Source of the DNA: Squalus acanthias
Lineage: Eukaryota
Reading direction: 5' to 3'
DNA: 60,000 nt
Assembly (NCBI GenBank): GCA_030390025.1
Contig: CM059431.1
Span: 154,382,001-154,442,000, forward strand
Shown here: piece by piece, positions 34,101 through 46,484 of the stretch
Layout: each line of letters begins with the position of its first letter
Numbering within the stretch: the first letter of the stretch is position 1
The notes under the pieces: model-generated
What the model saw: the letters and a program-made list of their open reading frames with translations, nothing else
Databases searched by the model: none
Told to the model about the DNA's origin: nothing
Program-made: the position numbers and the translations under genes

Positions 34101-37100
34101 CAGAAGAAGTAAGTAAAGGGGATAAGGGAATGGAGTTCCTACAGTAACTACTGAACTCTTTCCGAACAAAATATGTAAAAAGCCCAACAAGGGAGGATTC
34201 GCTACTGGATCTAGTTATGGGGAATGAACCAGTGCAGATAAGAGAAGTAAAAGTAACTAAACCTATGTGCAATAGTGACAATAATATAACATGCTTTAAG
34301 ATGACAATAGACAAGGAAATAAGAATGATAAATTAACAAGTTAATAGATTGGAGAAAAACGATTTTGAGGGGCTGAGAACAGAATTTGGGAAGATAAAAT
34401 GGGGCACAATATTGGAAAACAACAATGTAGAACGACATTGGGAAACATTTAAAACGGTGGTTAACAAAGTGCAAGAACAATATATTCCGCTAAAAGGAAA
34501 GAACAAGCTAAACACTAATAAGACTTCATGGATGAAAAAGACATGAGGAAATAATTGAGTTTAATGAAGGGGCATACATTAAGTACATAGACAGCAGAGG
34601 AGTCCATGATAAGAGAGAATACGAAGGGATTAGGAGAGAAGTCATACAAAACAATTAGCTCTGCAAAGAGGAAGTATGACAATAAATTTTCACGGAACAT
34701 AAAGAAAAATGGTAAAATATTTTAGAGGCTCATCAATAAAAAAAGGAAGGTTGGGAATGGGAAAAGGGCCATTAAGCGATGTACTGGACAATACCACAAG
34801 TAACGATCGGGAGATGGCAGAAATAGTAAATCATTATTTCGCTTCGGTATTTATCAAGGAGATAGAACAGGTGGACATGAGGTTGGATAATGAGATGAGT
34901 AAGATGATAAATGCATTTAAAATAAAAAAAGAAGATATATTAAAAAAAACTAATCAAACACAGAGGGTAAAACTCCTGTTCCGGATGGATTGCATCCACA
35001 CATTTTAAAATAATCTAGTGAAGAGCTAGCAGAAGCATTACTGCACATATTTAATAATTCGTTAGAAAATGTGTAGTGTCAGAGGACTGGCGGATAGCTA
35101 ACGTAATACCTATATTCAAAAAGAGGATATAACATGTCCAGGGAATTACAGACCAGTCAGCTTAACATAGGTGGTTGGAAAATAATGGAATCCCTACCAA
35201 AGGAGAGAATAGAAGAACATCTAGAAACGAAAAGTATAACAATGAATAGTCAGCATGGATTTCAATAGGGAAAGTCTTGCTTGACTAACATTATTGAATA
35301 ATTTGAAGAAGTAGCAGAAAGTGTAGACAATGATCATTCAGTAGAAGTAATTTATCAAGATTTTCAAAAGGCCTTCGGTAAGGAACCCACAAAAAACTAA
35401 TGAATAAGGTCGGTGAATGCGGAGTCAGGAGACAATTATCAGAATTGATTGCTAGCTGGTTTGAAGACAGAAAGCAGAGAGTAGGAGCAATGGGTAGCTA
35501 TTCACAGTAGCAGAAGGTGGGTAGTGGTGTTCCACAAGTATCAGTGCTGGGATCACTGCTTTTCAAAATTTACATTAACGATTTAGACTTTGGAATCAAA
35601 AACACAATTTCTAAATTTGCGGATTATACCAAATTGTGTGTGTGTGTGTGTGTGTGGTGGCGGGTGGCGGGTGTGCGAGGAGGTTGGGGTGATAGTCAAT
35701 ACTGAAGTGGATTGCAACAAATTACAGGACGACATTAATAACCATGCAAAATGGACAAATAATTGACAAATGAAGTTCAACACAGACAAATTTGAGGTAT
35801 TACATTTTGGTACGAAGTATGGGGAGGTCACTTATTACTTGGAGGGTGCGAATCTAGGTGAGGTATTGGAACAAAGGGATCTCGGAGTGCAAATACACTA
35901 ATCACTAAAAGTTACGATACAGGTTAGCAGGACCATTAAAATGCAAACCAAGCATTAGGGTTTATTTCTAGAAGGATATAATTGAAAAGTAGGGAAGTTA
36001 TGCTAAAGCTTTATCAAACATTGGTTAGACCACACTTGGAGTACTGCGTACAGTTCTGGTCGCCATATTATAAACGGATATGGAGGCTCTGGAGAGGGTG
36101 CAGTGAAGATTTACAAGGATGACATCAGAAATGCGAGGGTATACATAACAGGAAAGGATGAACAGGCTGGGTCTCTTTGCTCTTGAAAAAAGAAGGCTGA
36201 GTGGAGATCTGATAAAGGTATTTAAAATTATAAGAGGTTTTGATAAAGTGGATACAAAGTGAAAGTTTCCACTTCTGGGGAGGAGTATAACTAGAGATCA
36301 TAAATATAAGATATTCACCAAGAGATCCATTAGGGAATTCAGAAGTATGATATTTAGCCAGAGAGTGTTGAGAATGTGGAGCTCGCTACCACAGGGATTG
36401 GTGCAAGCGAATAGTATAGATGCAATTAAGGGGAGGTTGGACAAAAGTATGATGGCGAAGTGAACGGAGGGTTCTGCTGAACGATTTAGATGAGGAAAGA
36501 TAGGAGGACGCTCGAGTGGAGCATAAACGCCGGCATGGACTGGTTGGTCCGAATGGCCTGTTTCCGTGCCGTATATCCTATGTAATCCTATGTAAGATAG
36601 AAGGTAGAGATTAGTGGTGATCGGCTGTTGTTCTGACTGGAGATAAGGCTGCAATAGTGTCCCCAGGGGTCGGTATTCGGACTATTGCTTTTCCTGTTAT
36701 ATATAAATGACCTGGACTTGGGCATAGGAAGTACAACTGTGAAGTTTGAGGATGATACAAAACTTGGCAACGTAGTAAGTATTGAGCACGAAAGTAGAGG
36801 ACTTCAGGACGATCTAGACGGACTGGTGTAAGGAGCAGACACATGGAAGATGAAATTTAATGTGGATAAGTGTGAAGTAATGTAATTGGAGAGATACTAT
36901 AATCTAAACGGTACTATTTTGAGGGGTGCATGAGCAGAGGTATCTGGGGGTGAATATTCACAAATCCTTTTTGCAGCCAGGGCTTCAGGGGACAACATTT
37001 TAGGCAGGATGTTAAGAACTTGGCAAGTGTGCAGAGGAGGCTTACCAGAATGATACCAGGGATGAGGGACTCAGCTCCGTGGATAGATTGGTGAATCTGT

Positions 37101-37815
37101 GATTGAACTACTTACAGCAGAGAAGGTAAGACGGGACCTAATAGAGTATTCAAGTTATGATAAATCAGCTAAGAAAGCATATGTGGTAATGTGCTTTGTA
37201 AACAGGAACATTGAATACAAAGCAAGGATATCCTGCTAAACCTTTACAATTCACTGCTTAGGACTCAGTTGCAGTATTGTGCACAAGTCAGGGCACAACA
37301 TTTTGGGCAGAATGTTAAGGCCTTAGCGAGTGTGCGGAGGAGGTTTACCACGATGGTACCAGGGATGAGGGAATTCAGTTACGCGGAGAGATTCTTGAAT
37401 CTCTGATTGTACTCCTTACAGCAGAGAAGGTTAAGGCGGGAACTTATAGAAGTATTCAAAATTATGACGCGTTTTCTATACAGCAAGAAGGGCGAAACTA
37501 GTTCGTCAGCTACGTGGTTCGATAAGCAGATATAATCTTTTTAAAATAATTGGGAAAAGAACTAGACGGGAGATTAGGAGAAATTATTGCACTCTAAGGT
37601 TTTTATGATCCGGAATGCACTACTTGAAAGCGTGGTAGAATCAGATGATATAGGTGCTTTCAAAAACCAATTGGACTTGTATTTGTAGAGGATTAATCTG
37701 CAGGATTACGGAGAAAAATCTGAAGTTTGGAACGAAATTGACAGCTCTTTCAAGGAGCCGGCACAAGCACGACCGTCTGATAGGCCCGCTTCTGTGCTAA
37801 AGATGCTATGGTTCT
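31200..37815 (+). mobile_element. Old CR1 (about 31200-32195 and 36596-37815) split by a nested full-length CR1
   Basis: RT motifs resume across the insert (CTAAGAGATA / AGATAGAAGG). The 3' part appears internally duplicated around 37000-37460. Confidence 0.75.
32195..36595 (+). mobile_element. Full-length degenerate CR1 LINE (E4)
   Basis: ORF1 from about 32511 (MAGQVVCLNCSMWE; 32910-33302 GDS, HVGTN). Decayed ORF2 (35517-35705 GVPQ, FADY). (ATCCTATGTA)n tail. Confidence 0.88.
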
Positions 37816-37987
37816 ATGAATTTTCTAAGATATTTTTAAACATACTGCCCCATATATGATTACAACTTTGATGAAACACAGTTATAAGGAAAACAGCAAT
37901 AAAATAACTCAGCTCAAAATTGAAAATATATAATTGTAACTTATACCTACAAATGTTGAAATGTCCCCTATTAATGAAACACCAGTA

Positions 37988-40412
37988 AAGAGTAAGCTTG
38001 CAGGGAACATAAAAACTGACTGTAAAAGCTTCTATAGATATGTGAAGAGAAAAAATGGTGAAGACAAGCGTAGGTCCCTTGCACTCAGAATCAGGGGAAT
38101 TTATAAAGGGGAACAAAGAAATGGGAGACCAATTAAATACATACTTTGGTTCTGTCTTCACAAAGGAGGACAGAAATAACCTCCCAGAGATGTCGGGGAA
38201 CATAGGGTCTAATGAGAGGGTGGAACTGAATAATATCAGTATTTGTAGAGAAATGGTGTTCGGGAAATTGACGGGATTGAAGGCCGATAAATACCCAGGG
38301 CCTGATAATCTACATCCTAGGTTACGTAAGGAAGTGGCCCTAGAAATCGTAGATGCATTGCAGGTCATCTTCCAAAATGCTATAGACGCTGGAACAGTTC
38401 CCATGGATTGGAGCTTAGCTAATGTAACTCCACTATTTAAAAAAGGTGGTAGAGAGAAAACGGGGAATTATAGACTGGTAAGCCTGACATCGGTAGTGGG
38501 GAAAATGCTAGAGTCCATTATAAAAGATGTAATAGCAGAGCACTAGGGAAACACTGACAGGATCGGACAAAATCAAAATGTATTTACAAAAGGTAAATCA
38601 TGCTTGACTAATCTACTGACATTTTTTGAGTATGTAACTGGTAGAATAGATAAGGGAGTACCAGTGAATGTGGTGTATTTGGACTTTCAGAAGGCTTTCG
38701 AAAAGGCCCCGCATAAGAGATTAGCGTGCAAAGTTAAAGCACATTTGATTGGATCTAAGGTACTGACTTGGATAGTAAACATTTTGGCAGACAGGAAGCA
38801 AAGAGTTGGAATAAACCAGTCTTTTTCCGAGTGCCATACAGTGACTAGTGGGGTACCACAGGGATTGGTGCTAGGACTCCAGTTATTCACAATATATATT
38901 AATGATCTATGTTGGTGAAAAATTAATTCACTCGAGTCTGTCTTGAAGCGAAAGATCACAGTTTATTATTCAGAGCACCCTGGGAGAAGGGTCATAGCCT
39001 GCGGTCTAATGACCCGCTTCTCAATTTAATAATGGCAGCCACGCTTCTTTATGCACTTCAAGAAGCCAGAAAATACAAACATCAGCACAGTTATTACATC
39101 ATGAGCGACCCTTTACGGTCTCTAAAAACAACTTGATTAGAATCATACAATGTTAGCGAAACTCATCCTTTACTTCAGCTTTTGGTGACCCATCTGCGCT
39201 GCAAGGTTTCATTCTTAGCCTTTTAGAGGTTAGTTTATTATAGAAAAACAATGATTCACATAGTTTTTCTGCAGTGTCTGCATTATCTATACTGCAGACT
39301 AAGCAAGTAGGTATTTTATCGAATTATACCCCTGTCTCCATGCCTAAGGGAGATACTTCGACCTTTGCTATAGTTCTTTAAGCAGTACAACTAATCTTAA
39401 ACATTACAACTGATTTTCCTTTACATTATTACAATATTTTTTTTTACACTTACAATCTAGATGAGGGAACTAGATGTAACATCTCCAAGTTTTCAGACGA
39501 CACAAAGTTGGGTGGGCGTGTGTGCTGTAAGGAGGATGTAGATAAACTCCAGTATGGTTTGGACAGGTTGGGCGATTGGACAGATGCATGGCTGATGCAG
39601 TATAATGTGATAAATGCGAGGTTATCCACTTTGGTGGCAAAAACAGGAAAGCAGATTATTATCTGAACGGCAATAGATTGGGAAAAGGGTAAGTGCAACG
39701 AGACCTGGGTGTCCTTGTGCACCAGACGCTGAAGGTAAGAATGCAGGTGCAGCAGGCGGTTAAGAAAGCAAATGGTATGTTGGCCGAAGATAGCGAGAGG
39801 ATTCGAGTACAGGAGCAAGGATGTCTTGCTGCAGTTGTACAGGTCCTTAGTGAGACCACACCTTAAGTATTGTGTGCAGTTTTGACGTCTTATCAGAGGA
39901 AGGATGTTCTTGCCATGGAGGGAGTGCAGCGAAGATTCACCAGACTGATACCTGGGATGGCAGGAATGACGTATGAAGAGAGATTGGGTCGATTAGGCTT
40001 GTATTCGCTAGAGTTTAGAAGAATGAGAGGGGATCTCATTGAAACTTATAAAATTCTAACTGGACTAGACAGACTAGATGCAGGAAGGATGTTCCCGATG
40101 GCTGGGGAGTCCAGAACCAGGGGTCACAGTCTAAAGATAAGCAGTAAGCCATTTAGGACTGAGATGAGGAGGAATTTCTTCACCCAGAGAGTGGTGAACC
40201 TGTGGAATTCTCTACCACAGTAGACAGTTGAGTCCAATTCACTAGATATATTCAAGATGGAGTTAGGTATATTTCTTAAGGCTAAAGGGACCAAGAGATA
40301 TGGGGAGAATGCAGGGACAGGGTACTGAATTTGGATGATCAGCCATGGTCGCATTGAATGCTGAAGCAGGCTCGAGGGGCCGAATGGCCTACTCCTGCTC
40401 CTATCTTCTATG
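37988..40412 (+). mobile_element. 5'-truncated CR1 LINE interrupted by a solo LTR
   Basis: ORFs 38055-38546, 38604-38918, 39870-40223. IYINDL/DEGTRCNISKF continues across the insert. Confidence 0.92.
38910..39454 (-). mobile_element. Solo LTR, 545 bp, 5-bp TSD
   Basis: TG...CA termini, ATCTA at 38905-38909 and 39455-39459. On the minus strand it reads TGTAAG...CATAAAAG...AATAAA...CCAACA. Confidence 0.85.
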
Positions 40413-41178
40413 TTAAGATAAGGTTGCGATTTCAAATTTACTTTGTATTAACAACTATCCAATATATCCTTCGTTTTCGGAAAATATTTTTAAATTGTTG
40501 AAAGATAGAACTAGTGAAATAGGTCAGTAATTTCATTTACTTTAAATATTTATAGATCACGAAGCAGAAGTATTTTTCGAAGTAGAATAACTTCAAATGT
40601 TCCCAACTGCTTTATTTGATTTGTCCTATACTAACGTCAGCTGTCTACCCATAATAATATATTAACATTCTTACCCCTTTGCAAGTTCCCTGCTAAAAGG
40701 TACAGATAACCAGTGCCTCTCATTTACGTATCAATATAGTTCGGATTATAAATTCCTCTGTCCAAGTTTTATTGAAAACAGCTTATATACACATTGATTT
40801 TATTGATTGCTAAATATCTACTCGCACACCAATTTTGTGAATGGAGTGGGAGAGTTGGTGCAGCAATCAGTTTTTCTGCTGTGTGGGCTTAATATCCGAG
40901 CGATGCAAAATCAAATTGTGCTAACTGAAGGACAATATTACAGCTTGACAATTTACATGGGGGCGTATATTCATATGCCTACGGGTGTGTGCGAGCTATG
41001 TACACACGTGTAGGGACATCGGAAATGCCAGTTTCAGGCATGCGAAGCTGTAACCGGTATTTCCGATCTGTCAAGAATGCTCTTGACAGATCGGACGCCT
41101 GCCCCAGAGAAGGTCCTCTGCGGGCGGATAGTTCCGCATTCTGGAGAACCTCCGTTGCAGTAAACCCTTAGAAATCTT

Positions 41179-44100
41179 ACATAAAATAAAAACAGCAAAC
41201 GCTGAAAATTCTCAGCATGTCAGGCAACATCTGTGGAGAGAGAAACAGAGTTAACGTTTCAGGTCGATGACCCATCGTCAGTACCGGAAGAAGCTGGAGA
41301 TGGAACAGGTTTTTAAGCAATTGTAGGGGCAGGGAAAGGGGAAGGGCACGAAAGAACAAAAGGGAAGTTCTGTGATAGGATGGAAGGAAGGAGAGATTAA
41401 GAGACAAAAGGGATGATGTTGCAAGGTTAAATGATATGGTAATGAGACAAGTTAAGAAACAAAAGTTGAAGTGTTAATTGCACTGACTGAATGAAAGCTA
41501 GCTTCCATCTAAGAGAGAGAAAACAAAAGGAAAACAAAGATAGGGGCAGAGGTTAAGGTCTGAAATTGTTGAACTCGATATTGAGTCCAGAGGCTATAAA
41601 GTGCCTAATCGAAAGATGAGGTATTGTTCCTCGAGCTTACTTTGAGCTTCATTGGAACAGTGTAAGTGGCCAGGGACGGTGAGGTCTGAGTGGGACTGGA
41701 GGGGAGAATTAAAGTGCTAGGCGACCGGAAGCTTGCGGTCCACTTTATGGACTGAACGGAGGTGTTCCACAAAGCGGTCACCCAATCTGCGTTGGTCTGC
41801 CCAATGTTGAGGTGACCGCATCGTGAGCAGCGAATACAGAATACAAAATTGCAAGAAGTAAAAGTAAGTCGCTGTTTCACCTGGAAGGAGTGTTTGGAGC
41901 CCTGGACAGTTGGAAGGGTGGAGGTAAAGGGGCATGTGTTGCATCTCCTGCGCTTGCAAGGGAAAGTGCCGGGCGAAGGGGAAGGGGTGTTGGGGGTGAT
42001 AGAGGAGTGGACCAGGTTATTGCGGAGGAAGCAGTTCCTTCGGAATGCTGAAAGGGGAGGTGAGGGGAAGATGTGTTTGGGGGTGGGATCACGCTGGAGG
42101 TGCTGGAAATGTCGAAGGATGATCTGTTGAATGTGGAGGTTGGTGGGGTGAAAGGTTTCCAGGAGGAAGGAGACTAGAGCAGAAGTGCGGGAAACAGAAT
42201 GGACGCGGTCAAGGGCCGAGTCAACCACAGTAGAGGGGAATAATCGGTTGAGGAAAAAGGAAAACATTTCGGAAGCACTAGTATGGAAGGTGGCAACGTC
42301 AGCACAGATGCGGCGGAGATGGAGAAACTGGGAGAATCGAATAGAGTCCTTACAGAGAGCGGGGTAGGAGGAAGTGTAGTCCAGGTAGCTGTGGGAGCCA
42401 GTGGGCTTATAGTAACAGTTTGTCAAAAGCCTATCCCCAGAAATGGAGACAGAAATCGAGGAAGGGAACCAAAGTGTCGGAGATGGAACATGTGAAGGTG
42501 AGGGAAGAGTGGAAATTGGAAGCAAATTAAATGACATTTTCAAGTTCAGGGCGAGAGCAGGAAACAGCACCGATACAGTCACTAATGTACCAGAAAAAGA
42601 CGTGAGGGAGGGGCCAGAGTAGGACTGGAACAAAGAGTGTTCCACATAACCCACGAAAAGGCAGGCATAGCTAGGTCCCATGCGGGTTCCCATAGCAACA
42701 CCTTTAATTTGTAGGAAATGAGTGGAGTCAACGGAGAAGTTGTTCAACGTGAGAACAAGTTCAGCCAGGCGGAGGAGGTTGTTGTTGTTGGGGACTGGTT
42801 GGGCCTTTGTTCAAGAAAGAAGCGGGCTCCCTCAGGCCATCCTTGTGTGGGAAGGAGGTGTTGATGGATTGGACGTCTATAGTGAAAAGGTGACGGTTGT
42901 GGCCAGGAAACTGGAAACTGTTAAAGTGGCGGAGGGCGTCGGAAGTTTTGCGGATGTAGGTGGGAAGAGACTGTACAAGGCGAGAAAAATGGAGTCGAGA
43001 TAGGAAGAGTTAAGTTCCGTGGGGCAAGAACAGGCTCAGACGATGGGTCTACCAGGGCACTCCTGTTTGTGGACCTTGGGAAGGAGGTAGATGCGGACTC
43101 TGCGAGGTTGGAGAACTAGGAGGATGGCATCCGTGGAGGGAAGATCTCCAGAGGAGATGAGGTCATTGACGGTCTTGGAAACGTTTGCTTGATGTTCGGT
43201 AGTAGGGTCATGGTCCAGGCGGAGGTAGGAGGAGGTGTTGGAGAGTTGGCGTTCAGCCTCCGCTAGGCAGAGGTCAGTTCGCCAAACAACAACAGCTCCA
43301 CCCTTGTCAGCAGTCTTAATAACAATGCTGGGGTTGGATCTGAGAGAATGGAGGTCTGCAAGTTCAGAGGTTGGTAGGTTGGAGTGAGTGAGCGGAGGAG
43401 AGAAATTGAGACGGCGAATGTCACGGCTGCAGATTGCAAGGAACAGATCTAGAAAGATTAAGAGGCTAGAGGGAGAAGTCCAGGTAAAACGGGAATTCTG
43501 AAAACGGGAGAAAGGGTCAGCTGTGCGGGGGGAAGACTCCTGACAAAACAAGTGGGCATGAAGACGAAGGCGGCGGAGAAAGAGCTCTGCATCGTGCCGA
43601 GCTCGAAATTAAATGAAATGGGCTATAAGGGGATGAAGCTCACGCCTTTGCTGAGGACTGATCGTTCGGGGTCAGGGAGGGGAAGGACAGAGGGGATAGT
43701 TTCAACACGGCAGGGGGTGAGATTGGAAGAAGGGACGGTATCAGACGAAAATGAAGGGGAAGAAGGTTGTTGGTGTCCAAGAGTTGTTGAAGCTTGCGAT
43801 CCTTGACATCTGAAAGGAAGAAAAAACGTTTTTTGTTCAAGCGCCGAATGTGGCGAAGGATGAAATGGAACTGCGGACAAGGACAGCTTTGATGCTGCTG
43901 AAAAGAGAGGTCGAGAGTGTCCATGTGGTGGCGCATAGCATTCAGCGTGGATCTCAGGATACGGCGAGAGCAGTGGTTCGAGAACGCTGAATATCAAGAA
44001 GGTATCTGTAGTCCTGGGTGGATCCAAAACACGATGGGTGAAATTTCAGCTGGAATACACGTGGGGTAAGACGGAGCTGGAGACAGTTGCTGAGGAAAGA

Positions 44101-44246
44101 TATGTGGCTGTGAAAGCGAGTTTTGGTAGATACATGTTCAAACACGAGAAGGGAGACAGAAAGCAATGAAAATGATCAAGGTAAAATGAAAAACGGAATT
44201 CCCGTCGGAGAGTAGAGCAGAACTACTTCAAGGTGGGCATTCTTCG
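41179..44246 (-). mobile_element. Penelope-like element (RT + GIY-YIG), near full length, degenerate
   Basis: ADKGGAVVVW, YLLPKVHK..PGRPIV, GVAMGTRMGPSYACLFVG, CKRRRCNTC, FCIRCSRCGHLNIGQT, RFVEHLRSV. Confidence 0.92.
41249..41285 (-). ncRNA. Minimal hammerhead ribozyme motif in the Penelope 3' terminal region (stem I degenerate)
   Basis: Minus strand GGTA-CTGACGA-T-GGGTC-ATC-GACCT-GAAAC-GTT-AACT. Confidence 0.6.
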
Positions 44247-45799
44247 AAGATTTCTAAGGCCTGCTTTTACGAGCATAAGAGTTAAAAAAAGTAAAGCCAC
44301 ATTTTATTCACTCATTTATTAGTTACAAACACTTTTAAAAAAGGTAAGTTTATTTTTAGCCCCGTGAAAAATTTTAATTACTTTTTTCAAAAAATTAATT
44401 TATTTTTTAAATACTTAATTTATTTTAATTTCAGCTCATTTCAAAAACGTGATGTTTTAAAAAAGAATATTTAATATTTTACTGTGTTTTTGGGGTGATC
44501 TCCATTCATATATTTGACAGATGTATCTGTCAACTGCTGTGAAAGAAGATTCACTTCTCCTTTTGGCTCCACAAGGCCCACGTGATCCCCAGGACGCTTG
44601 CGAACTGTATGGGCCTCTGGGATACGTGGGCACTGCGCATTTCGAGTTTGGAGAGGCCCAGGAGCGGAAGAATACGCACCTTGGGAGCCTTCAGGTAAGT
44701 TCGTAGATTTTTCCAGATCGGAGATCTCCGCACGCACGAAGCCGCCGATCGGAAAATACGGGCCGGTGTGTTTCAACTACACGAGACTGCGCAGGAAACT
44801 GTAACTGAAAAACTTAGTGCAAAAATGAGATTGGAATCAAAGACAATCTTATGGCAGGTCAAAACCAGTTGAAGTCTTGAGGTTGTGGTTGAAGTTGTGG
44901 AAGGATTCGCAGGATAATTAACATTCTGGCAGGGTTCGATGCAACACTCTTTCCATGGCCATAACCATCTCGATAGCAGCCCATAGGGTGGTTAGGTTCT
45001 GGAGGTCTGGAAGTTTTTCAGGGCTCCATTGACCGATACGATGAAGAGCAGTGAGGCAATGTACACCCACTAGATGTGAGTGTCCCGCTGGTTGTTATCG
45101 CAGAATTCAGTGCCGGAGCTCAGTTTTCAGCTCGGTGCTATCAGTGTTCGAACCCTGCCTCTTGTCACTCAGACGCAAGAATGTTGTCACGAAGTCGAAA
45201 TCCAGAAGTGAAGAGAAGGTATTACCAGGGTTGGGCAGATCGAATTCAGTCACAGTTTTAAAGGAATGCATTCTGTCCTATTTGTTACATTAATCTTTTG
45301 TTTAGCTATTATTTGTGATATATAATAACAAAGATATTAGCAATGTAGCTTGCAGTTAAGTAGAGTTCACTGATGCCAATCGATTTCTCGGCTGGGAGCT
45401 GGACAATTATATTTGTAGACGCTGTAGCGCCGCCACTGGTCGGAGTCTGCAATTAAAGCGTAAGAACTAGATCCACAGTATCAATTAGAAATGTGGATAC
45501 AAGAAAGTGTAATGTAGGTGCTCAGAGAGATAACATTTTTAATACATTACAAAGATATCTAATTCAAGAAAAAATTAAAACAATGTTAAAATGGACGACG
45601 TTTTAAATTGAATGCTGATTTAATTACACAAGAGAGAGATTCTGGATCACACGGTTCAGAAAGTGCTCACTCCTGACTGAGTGCTGGACAGCTCAGCAGA
45701 CAAGTAAAGTGTAAACAAACTGATGTTTGCGTCATCCCGCAGGGCTGACAGAGAGAGAGACAGGTGTCACAGTTGGAGCGTCTTCCTAAGTGTCCCAAA

Positions 45800-46065
45800 T
45801 CGTCCAGTGAATGCCGACTGCAAGTCTGTGAGGTCGATGGTAAAGTGACATAGAGGTGAGTTCTCGTCGGTAATATTGAGTCACATTGGAGCTATTTGCT
45901 GTAGATAGTTGCAGTACCGAGCGACTGCAGCACAGTCCGAGCTGCCGTCTTTCGCATAAGACGTTAAACCGAAGCCCTGCCTGACCGCTCACGCAGATGT
46001 AAACGATCCCACGACACTATTTGAAAGAAGAGCAGGGAAGTTCCCCGTCTCCTGGCTAGTAATCC
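45800..46065 (+). mobile_element. DeuSINE (SacSINE/AmnSINE-like Deu domain), degenerate
   Basis: TGCCGTCTTTCG.AT.AGACGTTAAACCGA.GCCC...GATCCCA.G.CACTATTT.GAAGAGCAGGG matches the Deu-domain core as I recall it. Confidence 0.75.
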
Positions 46066-46484
46066 TACAGTCCCGCACTGGAGTAACTGTCTCGATATTG
46101 TGCTCAATCTCTGGAAAGACGGACACTCGCCAACAGCGGCCCTAAATGTACATGTATGCATCTTTATGTATTTTTTCCGCGCCATTCAAAACCTCAGGTT
46201 ATCACGAAATGGCCATGCTCTAACAGATGCAGAACCTCGTGCAATTCCTCTGAAGAGTGTTATTTAGTGTGAGCATGCATTATATGTATGTTATGCTGTT
46301 ATAGCGAGTGGGAGCAAACTTCAGACGTTAGGTTCCGAAATAAAAGTCTTTAATGTGCACATTTAAGCAACAGCCAGAAGATAGTGATTGGTAGTGAGAG
46401 GTCTGGCTCATTGATAAACCCGGTACACAAGCGATGCTTTTGCAAATTATGGCACAGCTATCAACTGGCGACCAGCTAACGCTG

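Larger units (their letters stand above)
40960..44764. mobile_element. MITE copy M5 (about 40960-41178 and 44255-44764) split by Penelope insertion
   Basis: The two halves are collinear with M2. Right end TCGGAAAATACGGGCC. Confidence 0.8.

Noticed and set aside
35635..35656. (TG)n tract inside CR1 RT, and (TA)n at about 15221-15236
   Set aside because: Ordinary microsatellites.
45103..45218. Possible exon (atcgcAG ... GAAG/GTatta) of NLR gene 2
   Set aside because: Splice-like signals are present but no recognisable protein similarity in any frame.
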